Shown here: positions 1 to 12,590 of the stretch, piece after piece
Position numbering within the stretch: position 1 is the first letter of the stretch
Layout of the letters: each line of letters opens with the position of its first letter
DNA from: Cycas panzhihuaensis
Lineage: Eukaryota > Plantae > Cycadophyta
Length of the DNA: 64,000 nucleotides
Direction: 5' to 3'
Assembly (NCBI GenBank): GCA_023213395.1
Contig: CM041465.1
Location: 193,633,741-193,697,740, forward strand
The notes under the pieces: model-generated
Told to the model about the DNA's origin: nothing
What the model saw: only the letters and a program-made list of their open reading frames with translations
Databases searched by the model: none
Position numbers and translations under genes: made by a program

Positions 1-1700
1 ATGAGCTACATAAGCTTGATAGCCCTTTCATAAACTTCCCTTTGCTTATGTAGCTAATACTACTAAATGATGATTAAAAGTCTCTTTCCTTATATAAATT
101 TAGGTTGGTCATTATTATTAAGAAACTCTACTACTTTGTTAAAATAATCTATCTTGGCTTAGTGTTTCTCCAACCATTCCAAACCTATTAGAGCATCATA
201 CTCCCTAAGTTATAATATTTGGAAAATCGAATAGGTGTTCCATACTTCTCATTCTAATCCATAATCTTAAACATGCTTTGTTACCTTCTTCTTATTCCCA
301 TTTTCATGTGTATACTCTATGTAGGCTTTTGCTTTTGAATCTTCAACTTAGACTTTTCTATGATCCTAGGGTTTAGGAAGTTATGAGTATTACCTAAATA
401 AATTAACATAAAAATATATTAATCAATAATTTTACTTAATGCTTATACCAATATTAATTGATTTTATACTTAATGTTTATCAATGGTATCATATATATAT
501 ATATAGGTTCTCCTTCTTAGGATGCATTAACCATCGTTGGTTGTACATTCATATTATAAGCCCTTTCTCTTATTTCTTGTCCTTGTAAATATTTTTTTAT
601 ATAATATCTTGCCTTATTGCATCAAAGATGCTTTTAGTATTTAATAGATATAGGTGTATTCCCATAATGATGGGTTTATCTTAGAGTTCCATAAGGTTAA
701 TTAAAATTCCTTGTAGTTAGGTGTTATTGTGGATCTTTGGAATCTCTTCTTTGGGATACCAATCTTTCCTAGAATGTTTTTTCCAATAAACATGATTATC
801 TTACTGCTTTACCCATTATTCTTTACAATATCTTGATTTATTTATGGATTCATCTAGATCCCTTAGTTTATATATCTTAATTTTACTTTATATATTCTAG
901 TTCAATCCACTAATGAATCAATGTATCTTTACCTTATTTTCTTAGATGTAGGGAGCACATTAAAGAAGCTCCATGAACTACCTTTTATGCTTTTCCACTG
1001 ACATTCTCCTTTACTTTTAATCATGGAAAACTTCTACTTTCTTATCTAAATAATGTCTAAAAGGTTACTTTTATTTGAAATGTTTGATGAATTTACCCTA
1101 ACATAAATCCCTTTTTTGAATGATTTTCACCTTCTTATTATTTTCTCACCACATAGTTGCCCCCCTTGTAAGATTGTAGATAATCAGTCTTACTTTCTCA
1201 TTGGAGGTAAAATTATTTTATACAAACTACTTTTCAATGCTTAAGAGCCATACTTATACCTCTCCTTCACTTCTAACCTCTCCATTGAAGGTTAGTGGTT
1301 TAATATTTTATAGCTTAAATTAGAGTGCTTTCTTTCGTACCCTAAGTTCACTTGGTCTTGCCCTTGGAGTTTTAGTAAATGACTTAATTATAATGGATCT
1401 ATTTTCATTACTCTTATATATAGTCCATCTTCTAGTGCTTTTATTTATATGTTAGTGAACTAATAGTTCCCATGATCTCTCCCTTCTTCTATTACTTCTT
1501 GTATTCTAAGTTTCTCTATTAATGTTTTCTTGCTCAATAGTTCTTTGAATGTTATAAAGTATTTTATTTTGATTTGTCATAATTCTTTTATTATTCTCCT
1601 TAGATTTTTTAAATTTTCTTGTAAGTGATGGTACTTTTCTAAGGTGTGTAAATTTGAAGAATTGTTATGTTAAAAGAAGTGACATAAACTTCTAAGTAAC
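1..1700 (-). mobile_element. Decayed Ty3/gypsy (Tekay/Del-like) gag-protease region, continues beyond window start
   Basis: Minus-strand translation 1260->800 gives V*VWLLSIEK*F..NNFTSNEKVRLIIYNL..ATMW*..FIKHFK..YLDKKVEVFHD..MSVEKHKR*FMELL..KVKIH*FISGL (retrotransposon gag). A protease-like MLIYLGNTHNFLNP lies at ~410-365. Many stops; left/right limits approximate. Confidence 0.8.
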
Positions 1701-2399
1701 CAAAGGAAATCTACCTATAATTACATATCACCAATGCATAAGCTAAACATACAAAAATTATCAATTTATCTTCGTATAGGTCCTTGTTAATCAACCATGT
1801 CATTAGTTCTCAAAGGGTGGTATAAGCATTTTAATAAGATTAAAATGTATACGTAATCTATAAAGGGGACTTAACTTTTATGTTGGCACCTACAAGTTAT
1901 ATAACTACCCACCTATATCATGAACTAATAGGGCTAGAGGACTGAAGGAAAGGTAATCTCTTCTAATTTCCATTAATAAAAGAAAGTAATTTATACATGT
2001 GATATTCTCAAAATATAGTTGGGGAACCCAACCAATTTCCAAATAAATTATAACAACCTAAAATTAACTTTGACTAATTGCCCCCAAAACCTCAAAATTG
2101 ACTAGTTTCATTTGATTACTAACCTCACCCTAATAAGAGGGTAAACTTATCCTTATGATAAGTAGAGGGTAAATTATATAATAGGCTAAAAATAAATCAA
2201 CAACTTACAAAATGACTCAAAATGATTCCAAATAAATAGATTAAGCAAGTTTCCAAAAATATATTATAGTAAGGCTTATAGGCCTTAAATTATTTACAAA
2301 TATAATGAAAACTTCATAAAATATGATGCAAAATGTAGCACAGATGAGACCTAATTTTGGGGTCATCATTCTCTCTCCCCCCCCCCCCCCCCCAACCAG

Positions 2400-3680
2400 A
2401 TTGATAACTATTCGAGGATGCCTATTTCTACAAATTCTATTTCTCTTTTGAGTCTTACCCTATTGATGCATCTTTATTATGCAGAAGTCTATGCCAATTA
2501 GCTTTACTATTATTTCCTTAAATCCATTAGTTTTTTAGATTACTCCTCCTATTCTACCATGGTTTCTTTAAGCTAGTCATATTTAATATATGAACTATGT
2601 ACAAAACTATGGTGTACCTATATATTAAATAGAATATATAACAAAGAAGGGATGTGTAATTCTAGTCCATTAGACTTGGTACTTCATCATCATCTAGATT
2701 AATTTCTCTACTCATTTGACTACTGACTAGTGAGTTTCTAGATAGAATGATTTAACACTCTTTAAATATGTTATTAAGTCCTTGAACCTTTCTAAAACCA
2801 CAATTTCATTCTTCTTAAAGTGTTGATATTTCTCTTATACCCAATTATATATCAACATTTGTTGGATTTTAGTATAATTTAACTAGGCTCTAACATCTAT
2901 CATTAATTTCTTATAGAGGAAAAGGATCTACTCTCGAGTACTATATTTTCCCTTAATCTCTAAGGTACTTCCAACTCCTTTTTAGTATGATCAATTAAAT
3001 TTTCTTCTCTAATAACCTTATCCCTTTATGTTAGTCTTATGACATGTAGCTAAATGTTATTGAACAAAATATTAGGGTTACTTTCTTCTGGTTCTTGTAA
3101 ATATCCCCTAAAAAATAACTCTACCAACAAGTCATGATCTTCATCATCATAAATTTCCTAAATATCTCACAAGGAATCCCACATTTTATCTAAAATCTAT
3201 CACCTTATCTATAAATTTATAATCCTTAATGTTAATGTTCTCTTCAAGTACATCAAGTTATAATTATAAGGAGGTGGCTTATAATCTTATACTAAGATAA
3301 TTAGATTTATTAAAATTTTAGGGATTTAAGAACCTTTAGAACTTGTAGAATGTGACTAAGATCTCTCTTGCTCCATAGTTGTTAACTTCTTCTTCAACTC
3401 CTACATTTCCCTTGCTTGTTCTTAAATTTACTTTTTCATTTTCTTTATTTTCTATTTTGAAGTTTCTCTTAGTGATATTTATTATTTAATGATTATTCCC
3501 TTCACCTCCTTCAATCCCTTCCCTCTTACCTTTAGTTTATTACATAGCTAATATACTTCTTTTTTAAGGTAAAAAAATTTCTCAATTTGCTTCCAATATT
3601 TTTCTTTAAGAAATTAGAGTGAAGTATCCTTTAGAAGTTTTACCTTGTCTTGTAATTCTATAGCCTTTGAACCCTCTAGT
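2400..3680 (-). pseudogene. Coiled-coil plus unknown-domain cargo ORF remnant ending at the PPT
   Basis: E/K-rich translation (EQAREM*ELKKKLTTMEQE) then MWDSL*DI*EIYDDEDHDLLVELFFRGYLQEPEESNPNILFNNI*LHVIRL; purine-skewed minus strand up to the PPT. Confidence 0.45.
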
Positions 3681-3689
3681 TTCATCCTT

Positions 3690-4260
3690 TTATAATTGAT
3701 AATACATTTTATGATGGTTGGATGGAATATGGTCACTTTCTATCCATGCTTTAAAATGATCTAGGCTTCACTATTTTTAGTGATAATAGAATATAACAAG
3801 GTTCATACATTCACTTCTTCTCCTTTTCCTAGAAATGCAACACATGGGCTTGTGTAGTAAATATATAATATGGATGCTATCTTACAAAAATATGTATGGA
3901 AATCAAATTTACTAAATTTACCTAGGCTTTAGGTAGCCTAGATATTGGTAGCCCATCTTAAGTGTTTATGTTTTTGAGATCATCTTCATTAAAAAAGATT
4001 TTGAGAAATTCAATAAGACCAAACTAGTTACCTTTAGTGAATAACTCCTTTCCTTTTACCCTTATTATTAGGGCTTGCACAACTAATTCTAAGGTAAAAT
4101 AGATATTATTCACATAAACTTAAGTGTTTCCTTTGTTAAAACCATGAATAAACTAACTAACCTACTTTAGATATAATCAAGATTCATATAGTGGTATAAA
4201 CTATATAGTCTAAACTTCTTTAATGAGGCCTCTAATTGAGGATCCTTATCAATCATAACT
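3690..4260 (-). pseudogene. Cargo ORF remnant, putative plant-transposon accessory domain (ATHILA ORF1/Transposase_32-like)
   Basis: IDKDPQLEASLKKFRLY..FIHGFNKGNT*VYVNNIYFTLELVVQAL..KGKELFTKG..DGLPISRLPKA*VNLVNLISIHIF..LLYSII..IFHPTIIKCII matches the motif order I recognise from accessory ORFs of seed-plant gypsy elements. Confidence 0.55.
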
Positions 4261-4619
4261 CATGAATCCATCTCTATTTGAATCAAAAAAACCTTCTTTG
4301 TATTTATCTTATTATTTTATAAAATAGAACATAATAGAATCTTTTATTTCTTAACTATATTAGCCTTATGACCTTCTTCTAATTCAACCTTCTTTCTCCT
4401 CACTTCCTTATTCCCTTGTTCTACATCTCTATCCTTAATTTGATGTGCTACATATTTACAATCTTTAATAGAAGGTTTCTAGGCCTTTACTCTCTTATTT
4501 CATTTAATCATAAGCCTATTATTCTACTTCAAGGCATTGAATACCCTTTATTTAGTCCATTTACTAGTAGCCTCCATAGGTTTCTAAACTATTGTAAGCT
4601 TAACATTTCATTATCCAAT

Positions 4620-4990
4620 TGATCATGCATGTTTTTAATTATAGGTCCATCACTTCCTTGTATGACAACCTTTACATGTCTCTTACCTATAAGACCTTCC
4701 TTCTTCCTCTAAATGCTACTTATAGGTTCCTCTCATTTCTCTATGACATCAACTGTAGGCTTTATAGGCTCCTTACATTTTCTTAAAGTACCATCTATAA
4801 CTTTCTTAGTTATAGACCCCTTGAATTTCCTTGTATCACTACTTATAGACTTATTACATATTTTTATAACATAACCTATAAGCTTCATAGCTGTAGGTTC
4901 CTTTCATCCTTTTCTAGGATCACATATAAGCTTCTTAGTCACAAGTTCTTCATTTTCCCTCTTTATGATCTTTTCCTTTCCAAGCCTATA
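4620..4990 (-). repeat. Lys/Pro/Glu-rich degenerate coding repeats (EP.xKKP.G-like linker) in cargo ORF
   Basis: Recurrent gaacc/gagcc-tata/taca...aagaagc units on minus strand; translations EELVTKKLI, KEPTAMKLIG, KEPIKPTVD, EEPISS. Confidence 0.45.
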
Positions 4991-4999
4991 TTTTGTATA

Positions 5000-5850
5000 A
5001 TACCTTTCTTCATCTTGGGTTTTTTTTCATGTACCAAGTTTGAATATGCTACATGCTTGCCCTCTTCCTTCTCACAAGGTATAATCAAAAGTTACCCTTT
5101 CTTTAAGTAATGATATATATACATCATAGAATTTATTGTAATAATTACATTTTCTTTTAATTAATCACATTAGCCTTTTTTAAATATATATTTTTATGAT
5201 ATCCTCCCTAGTGATTAATTATATCAGGTCCTAATGCATAACTAAACTTAATTATTTATAATGTTTGCAAAATGGAAAAGACATTTATAACCATTTTTCC
5301 TTCATCTTTAGACTATGATGTCAGGGGTTATCATAACATCATCAAATAACATACTTACTACACTCCACCTATGTATAACAACTTAAAAGCACCTTGAATG
5401 ATCTTTCAAACTTGGCTAGAGCTCATTTGGTTGCTTGGTAATTCATTGCCCCCTACTTAGGATCAAAACAAAAGTATGCTACATCCAATGTTATTGTCAT
5501 GCTGAAGATCTATATCTATTACAAAGGATTATCCTTTGTCTATACTGTTGGTATAACTTTTAGATTACCCTCATCTATAATCAACGGTAGTTCCCATTAT
5601 ACATTATTATACTACATGAATTTGCTCTTGTGATTGATTTTAAAAATTTATTAGTGGAGCTTATAGACAACTAAAAGGTTGTCTTTATAATCAATACTAA
5701 GAATCACTGGTTACCCTTAAGTGCACCAAAGGGTAAATTAATGTACTAACATTCTAACTCTTTAGATATATAGAATAAGTAAAAGTCAACTACATTTGAG
5801 TAACTCACCTCCACACTTAAACAGAAAGGGAAATCCTACATTCTAATTCC
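5000..5850 (-). pseudogene. Cargo ORF remnant with ParB/sulfiredoxin-like motif
   Basis: One frame reads M*DFPFCL..SKELEC*YINLPFGALKGNQ*FLVLI..IIMYNGNYR*L*MRVI*KLY. NGNYR is two transitions from DGNHR. After a frameshift: LDVAYFCFDPK*GAMNYQATK*ALAKFERS..YT*VECSKYVI. Confidence 0.45.
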
Positions 5851-5874
5851 TATAATGACAAAATTAGAAGGGAT

Positions 5875-7409
5875 TAAACAAGATAAATTATAGCTTGTTG
5901 TAGTAGTATACAAATGAAATGCTTTTGAGAGGTTGGCTTCTTATATAGCTTCAACTAGTATTCATTTATGAATATTTGTTATGCAATATTATATATTGAT
6001 TATAATGTTAATTCTTAACTGTTAAAGACCTCAATCACTCCACATGGCCCCAACCATTGACATTGAAACTTTCTAATAAAGTCATTATATCTTGAGTAAA
6101 AATGAAGGGCCTAGTCCCTTACTTTGAAATGTTTTTCTCAAATGTATCTATCATGTTAATAATTTCTTTAACTTTGAAAAATGTTAGACCTATAATAAGC
6201 CTACTTTCTAATTTCATATAATTCATGGATGTCCTATGATCTTTGTTACTAGGCCTCCATCAAAGCCATATTTAGTTGACTAGTTGTTCATAAAATCTTC
6301 ATTTCAAGCTCAATGGGAATGATAACATGTTTTTTATATATGAGCTTAGATGGGATATATCTTATTATGATCTTCCATATGGTAAAATATACTCCAAGTA
6401 TCTCTAATAGCCTTTCACCTTAATCTCTTTAATGAAACTCAATTATTTTCATAATGAACTTCTTAATCTTTTAATCAATAACCTCTACTTATCCTTTAAC
6501 TTGAACATAATAAGGAGTGGAATTTTTAAGTTGATCCAAATGGGTCAACCATAATTATTAATAAATGCTTGAATAATCAAATGGGGCTAGTCTCCAAGAC
6601 TACACATGTGGTGCCTTGAAAAGAATTCCAAAGATAGTTTTGATAAACTAATGATAAACGATATTTAATATACAAATTCAATGTGTATATATACATAACT
6701 AATGGATTTTCATGAGGAGGCACAACCTACATTATAACCATTCCTAAATAATAATTTAAAAATAATTTCTTAATTAAATACATAACAATAATCACCATCT
6801 TAAAATACTTTGGCCTTGAAGCATTGTTAAAAAATGATAGCCAATAATTATCTCTTAGATATAGGAGAATGTCATATTCATCATCCTTATGTTTTGAAGT
6901 AGTTATTCAATGATATATAATTCATCATAGACTCCTAAAATAAGGTAGTATTATTAAAATTGGATGTTAGGGATTCTTTCATTTAATTATTCTATTAGAT
7001 TATTGATATGTTCTTAATTTCTTATAGATTTTATTTTATTATTTATTTCGTGTTACTTCTTGAAAAGTTGTTGATAGAGGTGTATCCACTAAGTAAACCT
7101 TTAATATGTCCTCTTATATGTCAAATATTAGGACCTATTTTGAATGGTTAAGAGATGAGATTATTACTAATAGAATGTTAAGTATATAATCTATAAAACA
7201 TGGGTTGTAAGTTGCTTTATCTTATTCTAAAAATGGTGTTGGGCATTTGATATATTTTTCCATAGGCATGTGATCTTGTTGAACCTTTAATTGACTATAT
7301 ATTTCTAATTTTCTTGTTCTACATATTCATTTATAATTTATTTATGCCATTCTTCTAGGTTAATTGGAGGTATAATAATTTCTAATTTTGCCTTTTGTAA
7401 TTTACACAT
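5875..7409 (-). pseudogene. Degenerate RNaseH-like + integrase-like pol remnant (no gag, protease or RT seen)
   Basis: Clear integrase motifs: DILLYLRDN (~6870), IM*VVPPHE (~6725), NSTPYYVQVKG*VEV..RD*GERLLEILGVYFTIWK..PSKLIYKKHVIIPIELE, HFKVRD*ALHFYSRYNDFIRKFQCQWLGPCGVIEVF (GPY/F module), INEY*LKLYKKP. The upstream WKNISNAQHHF..YLTYK..RFT*WIHLYQQ weakly resembles the gypsy RNase H C-half. Confidence 0.75.
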
Positions 7410-10194
7410 TTAAAAGTGACTTAAAAAATCAATTTAAAAAATACACAAAGAACAAAGTGCAAAAGTACTCTTTATACTTCTACCCTTCACACGTCATGCA
7501 TTTAAGACCATAGTAAAGAACTAACTTAATGAATTTTATAAAATAAAAAAACATAAAAATTCACTGAAAATATGAATTGATAGCTCAACTTTAAACAACT
7601 ATACCTTCCTCATTTGGCATTTTATTTTGGAGTTCTACCACTTATTTTTAAGGTTTCAAAATTCTCTTTCATATAATTTAATCATATTAGGCTAGAAAAT
7701 AACCTAAAATACTAACTTATCACTTCAAATTTAGTGAAGTTTCTCAAATTCATAACTATCAAGGTACCCTACAATTTCAAATTAAGAGAACTTTCCTATT
7801 TGGTGTGTAATTATTTACTTATACCATTTTTTTTAAGGTATCAAAAAATGATCTACCATATTTTTTATAACTATCATGCCAAAATCAAACCAACAAGAAG
7901 AAAATATCTTGGAAATACTCTATTATTATACTTTTCTAACCTACACCAAACACTAGCTTATGAATCCCTAAGATTCACAACCTATTATTTTTCCCTTATT
8001 AAGCTATTATTTAAAATTGTATTAAATGCAACTCTATTCTTATTAATTGATAATTATGACTTACATATTTAGAGAAAGAAAATACAATATGTTCTTTGCA
8101 TGATTATAATGGATTTTAACCTTCAAAATATGATTATTTCAACATAACTAAACTATCAACCAAATGGTGCATCCTTAAACATCAAATAGAGCATAGAATA
8201 AGCTTCCATATTATAAATAGGATATTTTAAACTAAATTATAGAAATGAATACATTAGAAACTATATTACAAAGTCAATATAGAATCAGGTAGTTACACCT
8301 AATATTCCTTATAGTGGTCTCTAAATGTTTAAAGGGATTCCTACTATCTTAGAGAAATTCCTTAGCATTGAACTCTTAAACTAGATAGAAAAATATTGAG
8401 ATTTATTCAAAATTTTTATCATAGAGTTTGCAAATATTAGAAGCTCTAAGAGCTAAATATGACTTTGTCACATCCAACCTATCTAATAGAACTTTACAGG
8501 AAATGAATAATTCCTTAGTTGATAGTATATTCTCAAATCTATACATACCACTCCTATCTATTATCGAAATTTTGGTCTTAGAATAGTTGTAAAATCCTCT
8601 AAGACATTCTATCTCCATCATATACTCACTCTTAGAGTCTCCATTTAATATAAAATACTAAAGAGATTTTGGAATATGAATAATTATCCCTCTATGTAGA
8701 ATTAAAATTTTAAATGACTATATAAAGTACCTAAATGATCAAACAAATATATTTTGGCTTGGTTTTTCATATAATTTGGGATTATAACAAACACTGGGTT
8801 ATTTAAAATGAAAATGTAAAATGCTTCTTGTCATATATTTAGATAGAGAGACTACTAAAAATCTAAATGGTCATGCACAATAATTAGCCATTAATACAAT
8901 ACTAGTAAATATAATAATTTATATGTTTGGGTATGAAGTTGCATCTTTAATGAGGCAATTTTTGAGCTTGATGGATAAGATATTATCCATATATAAATAT
9001 TTTTTTGTTACACTATAAAATTCGTTAATTCTTAATTATGAATATGAATAACTCACATAGCCATTTCTTATTATCTTTTGACCCATGTTCATTACATTCT
9101 AAACCATCATTATTAAAAGAAGTGTTATATAAAGTAGTATTAGATTAATTTCTATCTATATCAAGAAGAATAGGTCTCTTTCTACCAATTAGAGATAGGA
9201 GGAACCTTGTAAAGAGAGCAAGAGACTATAGATCCCATGTTGATCTAGCCCTAACTTAAAAAATAATGGGAATCATTACTTTGCAAGGAAAAGCTTATAA
9301 TAATAGCCAAGGTTAAGATGCTTGAGGTTTATTTTTAATAATAGGATGGCTTAAAACATAGTGTCAAGACTCTTAAGGTATGGGACCAAGTTATCATTAA
9401 AAGGTAAAGTCTTCTAATGGAAGATAATGTAGTGGTTGAGGTTGTGAGATACCATCTTACAACATGTGAGATGGTGAACGATGCTAGATAATATTTAATC
9501 CAAGATCTTGTTTTAGATTATTTCCTTTCTTATGTGTACTAGGGGTCTTATTATATACACTTCTTCATGTATTAATTGTTAGTTGATTATATGGTTCTTG
9601 GTGTATGATTGGACACCCACATAATAGCATGCACTATAAATATGCATTATTTTATAATGTAAATTGGAGATGATCATTTTCCTAAAAGAGTTATATTATG
9701 TTTTGGTGCATGTTTCATTTATCTTGTCATGTATGTAGTTATTGTATCTTTGACATATTTGTTATTATACATTGATGATATTAAATTATGTAATTTTTAG
9801 CATAGTACCAAACTTATTATCTGATATTAGAGAGACCTTAAGACTATAAGTATATCCCTTTATCTATGTTATTTAAGACTTATTTTAAGCATATTTATCG
9901 TGATTAGTAAGAGGGGTTATCTTGTCTAAGGTGAAGTGTATTATATGTTAGTAGGAAGGTTATCCAACTATAGTTTTTACATGTTACCTAGAGCACCTTG
10001 ATATATATGCCTAAATCATGTTAGTATGGAAGCCTAAGTAGTATGTTGGTACATGTATCTAAGAAGCATGCCAGTGCTTAAGCCATTATAAATACAATGA
10101 AAGCATAGGTATTATAGTTATTCAAACCCCACAAAGATTGACATCATAGTTTTATTTATTTATTAGATTATTTTCTTTTACATGTCAAATGGGA

Positions 10195-10260
10195 GTATGC
10201 ATGTATGTATACAAACACACACACATACAGAGATAGATAGATAGAGAGAGAGAGAGAGAA
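10195..10260. repeat. Compound microsatellite (ATGT)/(CA)/(GATA)/(GA)
   Basis: Directly visible. Confidence 0.9.
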
Positions 10261-11699
10261 ATAGAGTTGTTTATTATCTATGGATGAAGCCTTTGGTATA
10301 GGATTAATCACCCTATCAAAATAGTTTAACCCTTTACTTTATTGAATGCTAGGTTTGTTAGGGTTCATTAGTAAATTTTTGAATGTGTGAAGTTTATGTA
10401 TGGTGGAACAACTATATTTGGCTCTTGTTTTTAGTGATGTAGCATTTTATTGATGAATTAAATATTAAAGCACCTTTATTTTGATAAAAATGTTAAATCT
10501 ATAGTAAAATCTTCACCTGATGTGGGGTTTCCTACTCTTGAATGACTACATGCCATGTTTACGGATTTGTTGATAAGTATAGGATATTGGTAAGTGTACA
10601 CACTAAGATTATTAATATTTTAAGACCCTCATGATAGATGGATAAAGGTTTGGATAATTAGTTTGAAGAATTAAGCCTATTTTTCCTCCATTTTGATGAT
10701 ATTTTCTAAGTTTTCTACTTTTTGAAAGGGTAGCATAGTTTACACTAGGCAAATTCATTATTAAATCTATAACTAAAGACTTATTTTAGAAGACAATATT
10801 GATCCCAAGTTCTCTTTTAGGCTACGATGTTCTCCTCACTTCCTGAGTGTGTTTTGGTGTGAAATGAGCTCATTTCTCATTATTTTTAAAATATAAGGGT
10901 CTACAACTTACTAAAACATGTTGATATGAGATTATTTTAGTTTTTTACGACCTTATTTTATGAGAGATCTAACCATAGATCTCAATTTATGTTAGGAAAC
11001 CTCCATGAGAAATTACCATTTTTCTCTATATTCAAAACATTATTCTTCATACTTTTTACATTAAAGTAGGCCACTAGGATATGGCATAAAGCTAGAGTTC
11101 TAATGGTCATTTTTGCTATTACATCAATCAAAAGTGGAGGGTATATGTTGTCAAACCATGCATAGGTCATCATAATTTGGTAGTTAAAGATTATTAAATT
11201 AATTTACTTTAAAGTTATCTAAGGTTTATAATTGATTTAATCATACTTAATTTTAGTTTGAAGTTTGTTATGCCCCTCTTAAATGGTTATTTAATGATAA
11301 ACTATGCTAAAAAGGCAATGCTAATGGGGGCCAAAACCCTTTTCCCTCTTTTTTCATGATTTGAATAACATGTGCTCACAAAAAATATTGATAATTTTCT
11401 CACATGAAGTAAGAATTTAATTTTTCCTCTCAAATTAGAGACCTAACCCATATAGATTCATAATGAGTGGTTAAATTACATGATTTGAAGACTTTTAATA
11501 GTAGATTTTAATTCTTAAAGTTTTAGTAGTGGTTTAACATGGTGTTATTTGAGTTAAAAATGGAACTTGTGCCTAGATGAAAAGTCTTTTTCCACATGTT
11601 TTTACTTAAATAACCATTTGTGCAAGTTTGATACATAGTTTAGTAGATGGGGTTATGGGTTTTTATCTTACATTTCTCCTTATGATGTAAGAGAGAATA

Positions 11700-12590
11700 A
11701 AAATAGGTGGAATGGAAGCATGTGAAAGCTATTTTACATGCAAATATTGGTAAATAATCTATATGAAGAGAATTAATCTCTAAAATTTTAGAAATAAGAG
11801 ATAGGAATGTAAAGGTAAGATTGCATGTAAGGGATATTAAATATAAGGGTTAAATTACATAAGGGGAGGTATATATGGATATATATTAAGGATAGAGAAT
11901 TAAAAAACATAAATAATGGAGGATATAGATGAGTTATTTTAGAGGGAAACTAGTGAGAAGTATATATTAGGACTTAGATAGGGAACATGATATATGATGG
12001 ATAAGTTGGATAAGAGATAGATAGAAAGGATTTATAAGTGATGAAGGTATTATTATATAGAATGAAGGGTAAGTAAATATAGATCTACTAATGAATTTTA
12101 GATTTAATTGGGAAAAGAAAAATGAGTAAGGAATAAGTCCTAGGCATTCCTTATGAGAAAAGGATTTTAGTAATGGCATGTGAAGATGATTTGTAGAGAA
12201 ATTCAAAGGGTTAAGGGGAAAAATATAAGGTAGTGAGAAGGTTAGTGGTAATGAGGGTGGTGGTGTAGAGGAAGAAAAGATAATGCTTTATAAAAGGGGT
12301 AAGAATAGCATTAGAGGTTGAAACTTGTTGAGAGGGGGTTAAAAGATAAAGAAAATAGGGGTGTTAATAAAGAGACTTCCTAAGGAATGGGATGTAAAAA
12401 GGTATCTCAAGTGAAATAAGAATTTTGTCTACGAAGAGTAAGGGACCTATGGCCTCAAATCCTAATTTGTTTATAGGATTTTATGATATAAGGCAAGCGG
12501 AGGGAGTTTGCAAGGCTATAGAACTTGGAAAATTAAGATGAATAAGGAAAGTTCCAAAATAAATAGGTGAATGCAAGATATGATTATAAT
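11700..12590 (-). mobile_element. Possible very old non-L1 LINE RT fragment
   Basis: Minus frame LHSPIYFGTFLIHL..IGPLLFVDKILIS resembles RT motifs PLSPxLFxxF..LLFADD; strong pyrimidine skew on minus. Very degenerate. Confidence 0.3.

Larger units (their letters stand above)
2340..7410 (-). mobile_element. Non-chromovirus (Athila/Tat-like) gypsy-derived element with reduced pol and long 3' cargo coding region
   Basis: Integrase C-terminal motifs at 6530-5900. G-rich PPT at 2371-2396 (minus: GGTTG16AGAGAG) followed by LTR-like start TGATGACCCC at 2368. 5' LTR/PBS not found; leader-like sequence at ~7410-8050. Confidence 0.7.

Noticed and set aside
2400-5000. DNA methyltransferase downstream of the ParB-like motif
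   Set aside because: No DPPY/SPPY or FxGxG-like motifs found in the hand translations.
7734-11173. Short ORFs (7734-8072, 8403-8621, 10982-11173)
   Set aside because: F/L/I/Y/K-biased chance ORFs in AT-rich LTR/leader-like DNA; no recognisable domains, and element boundaries unresolved.
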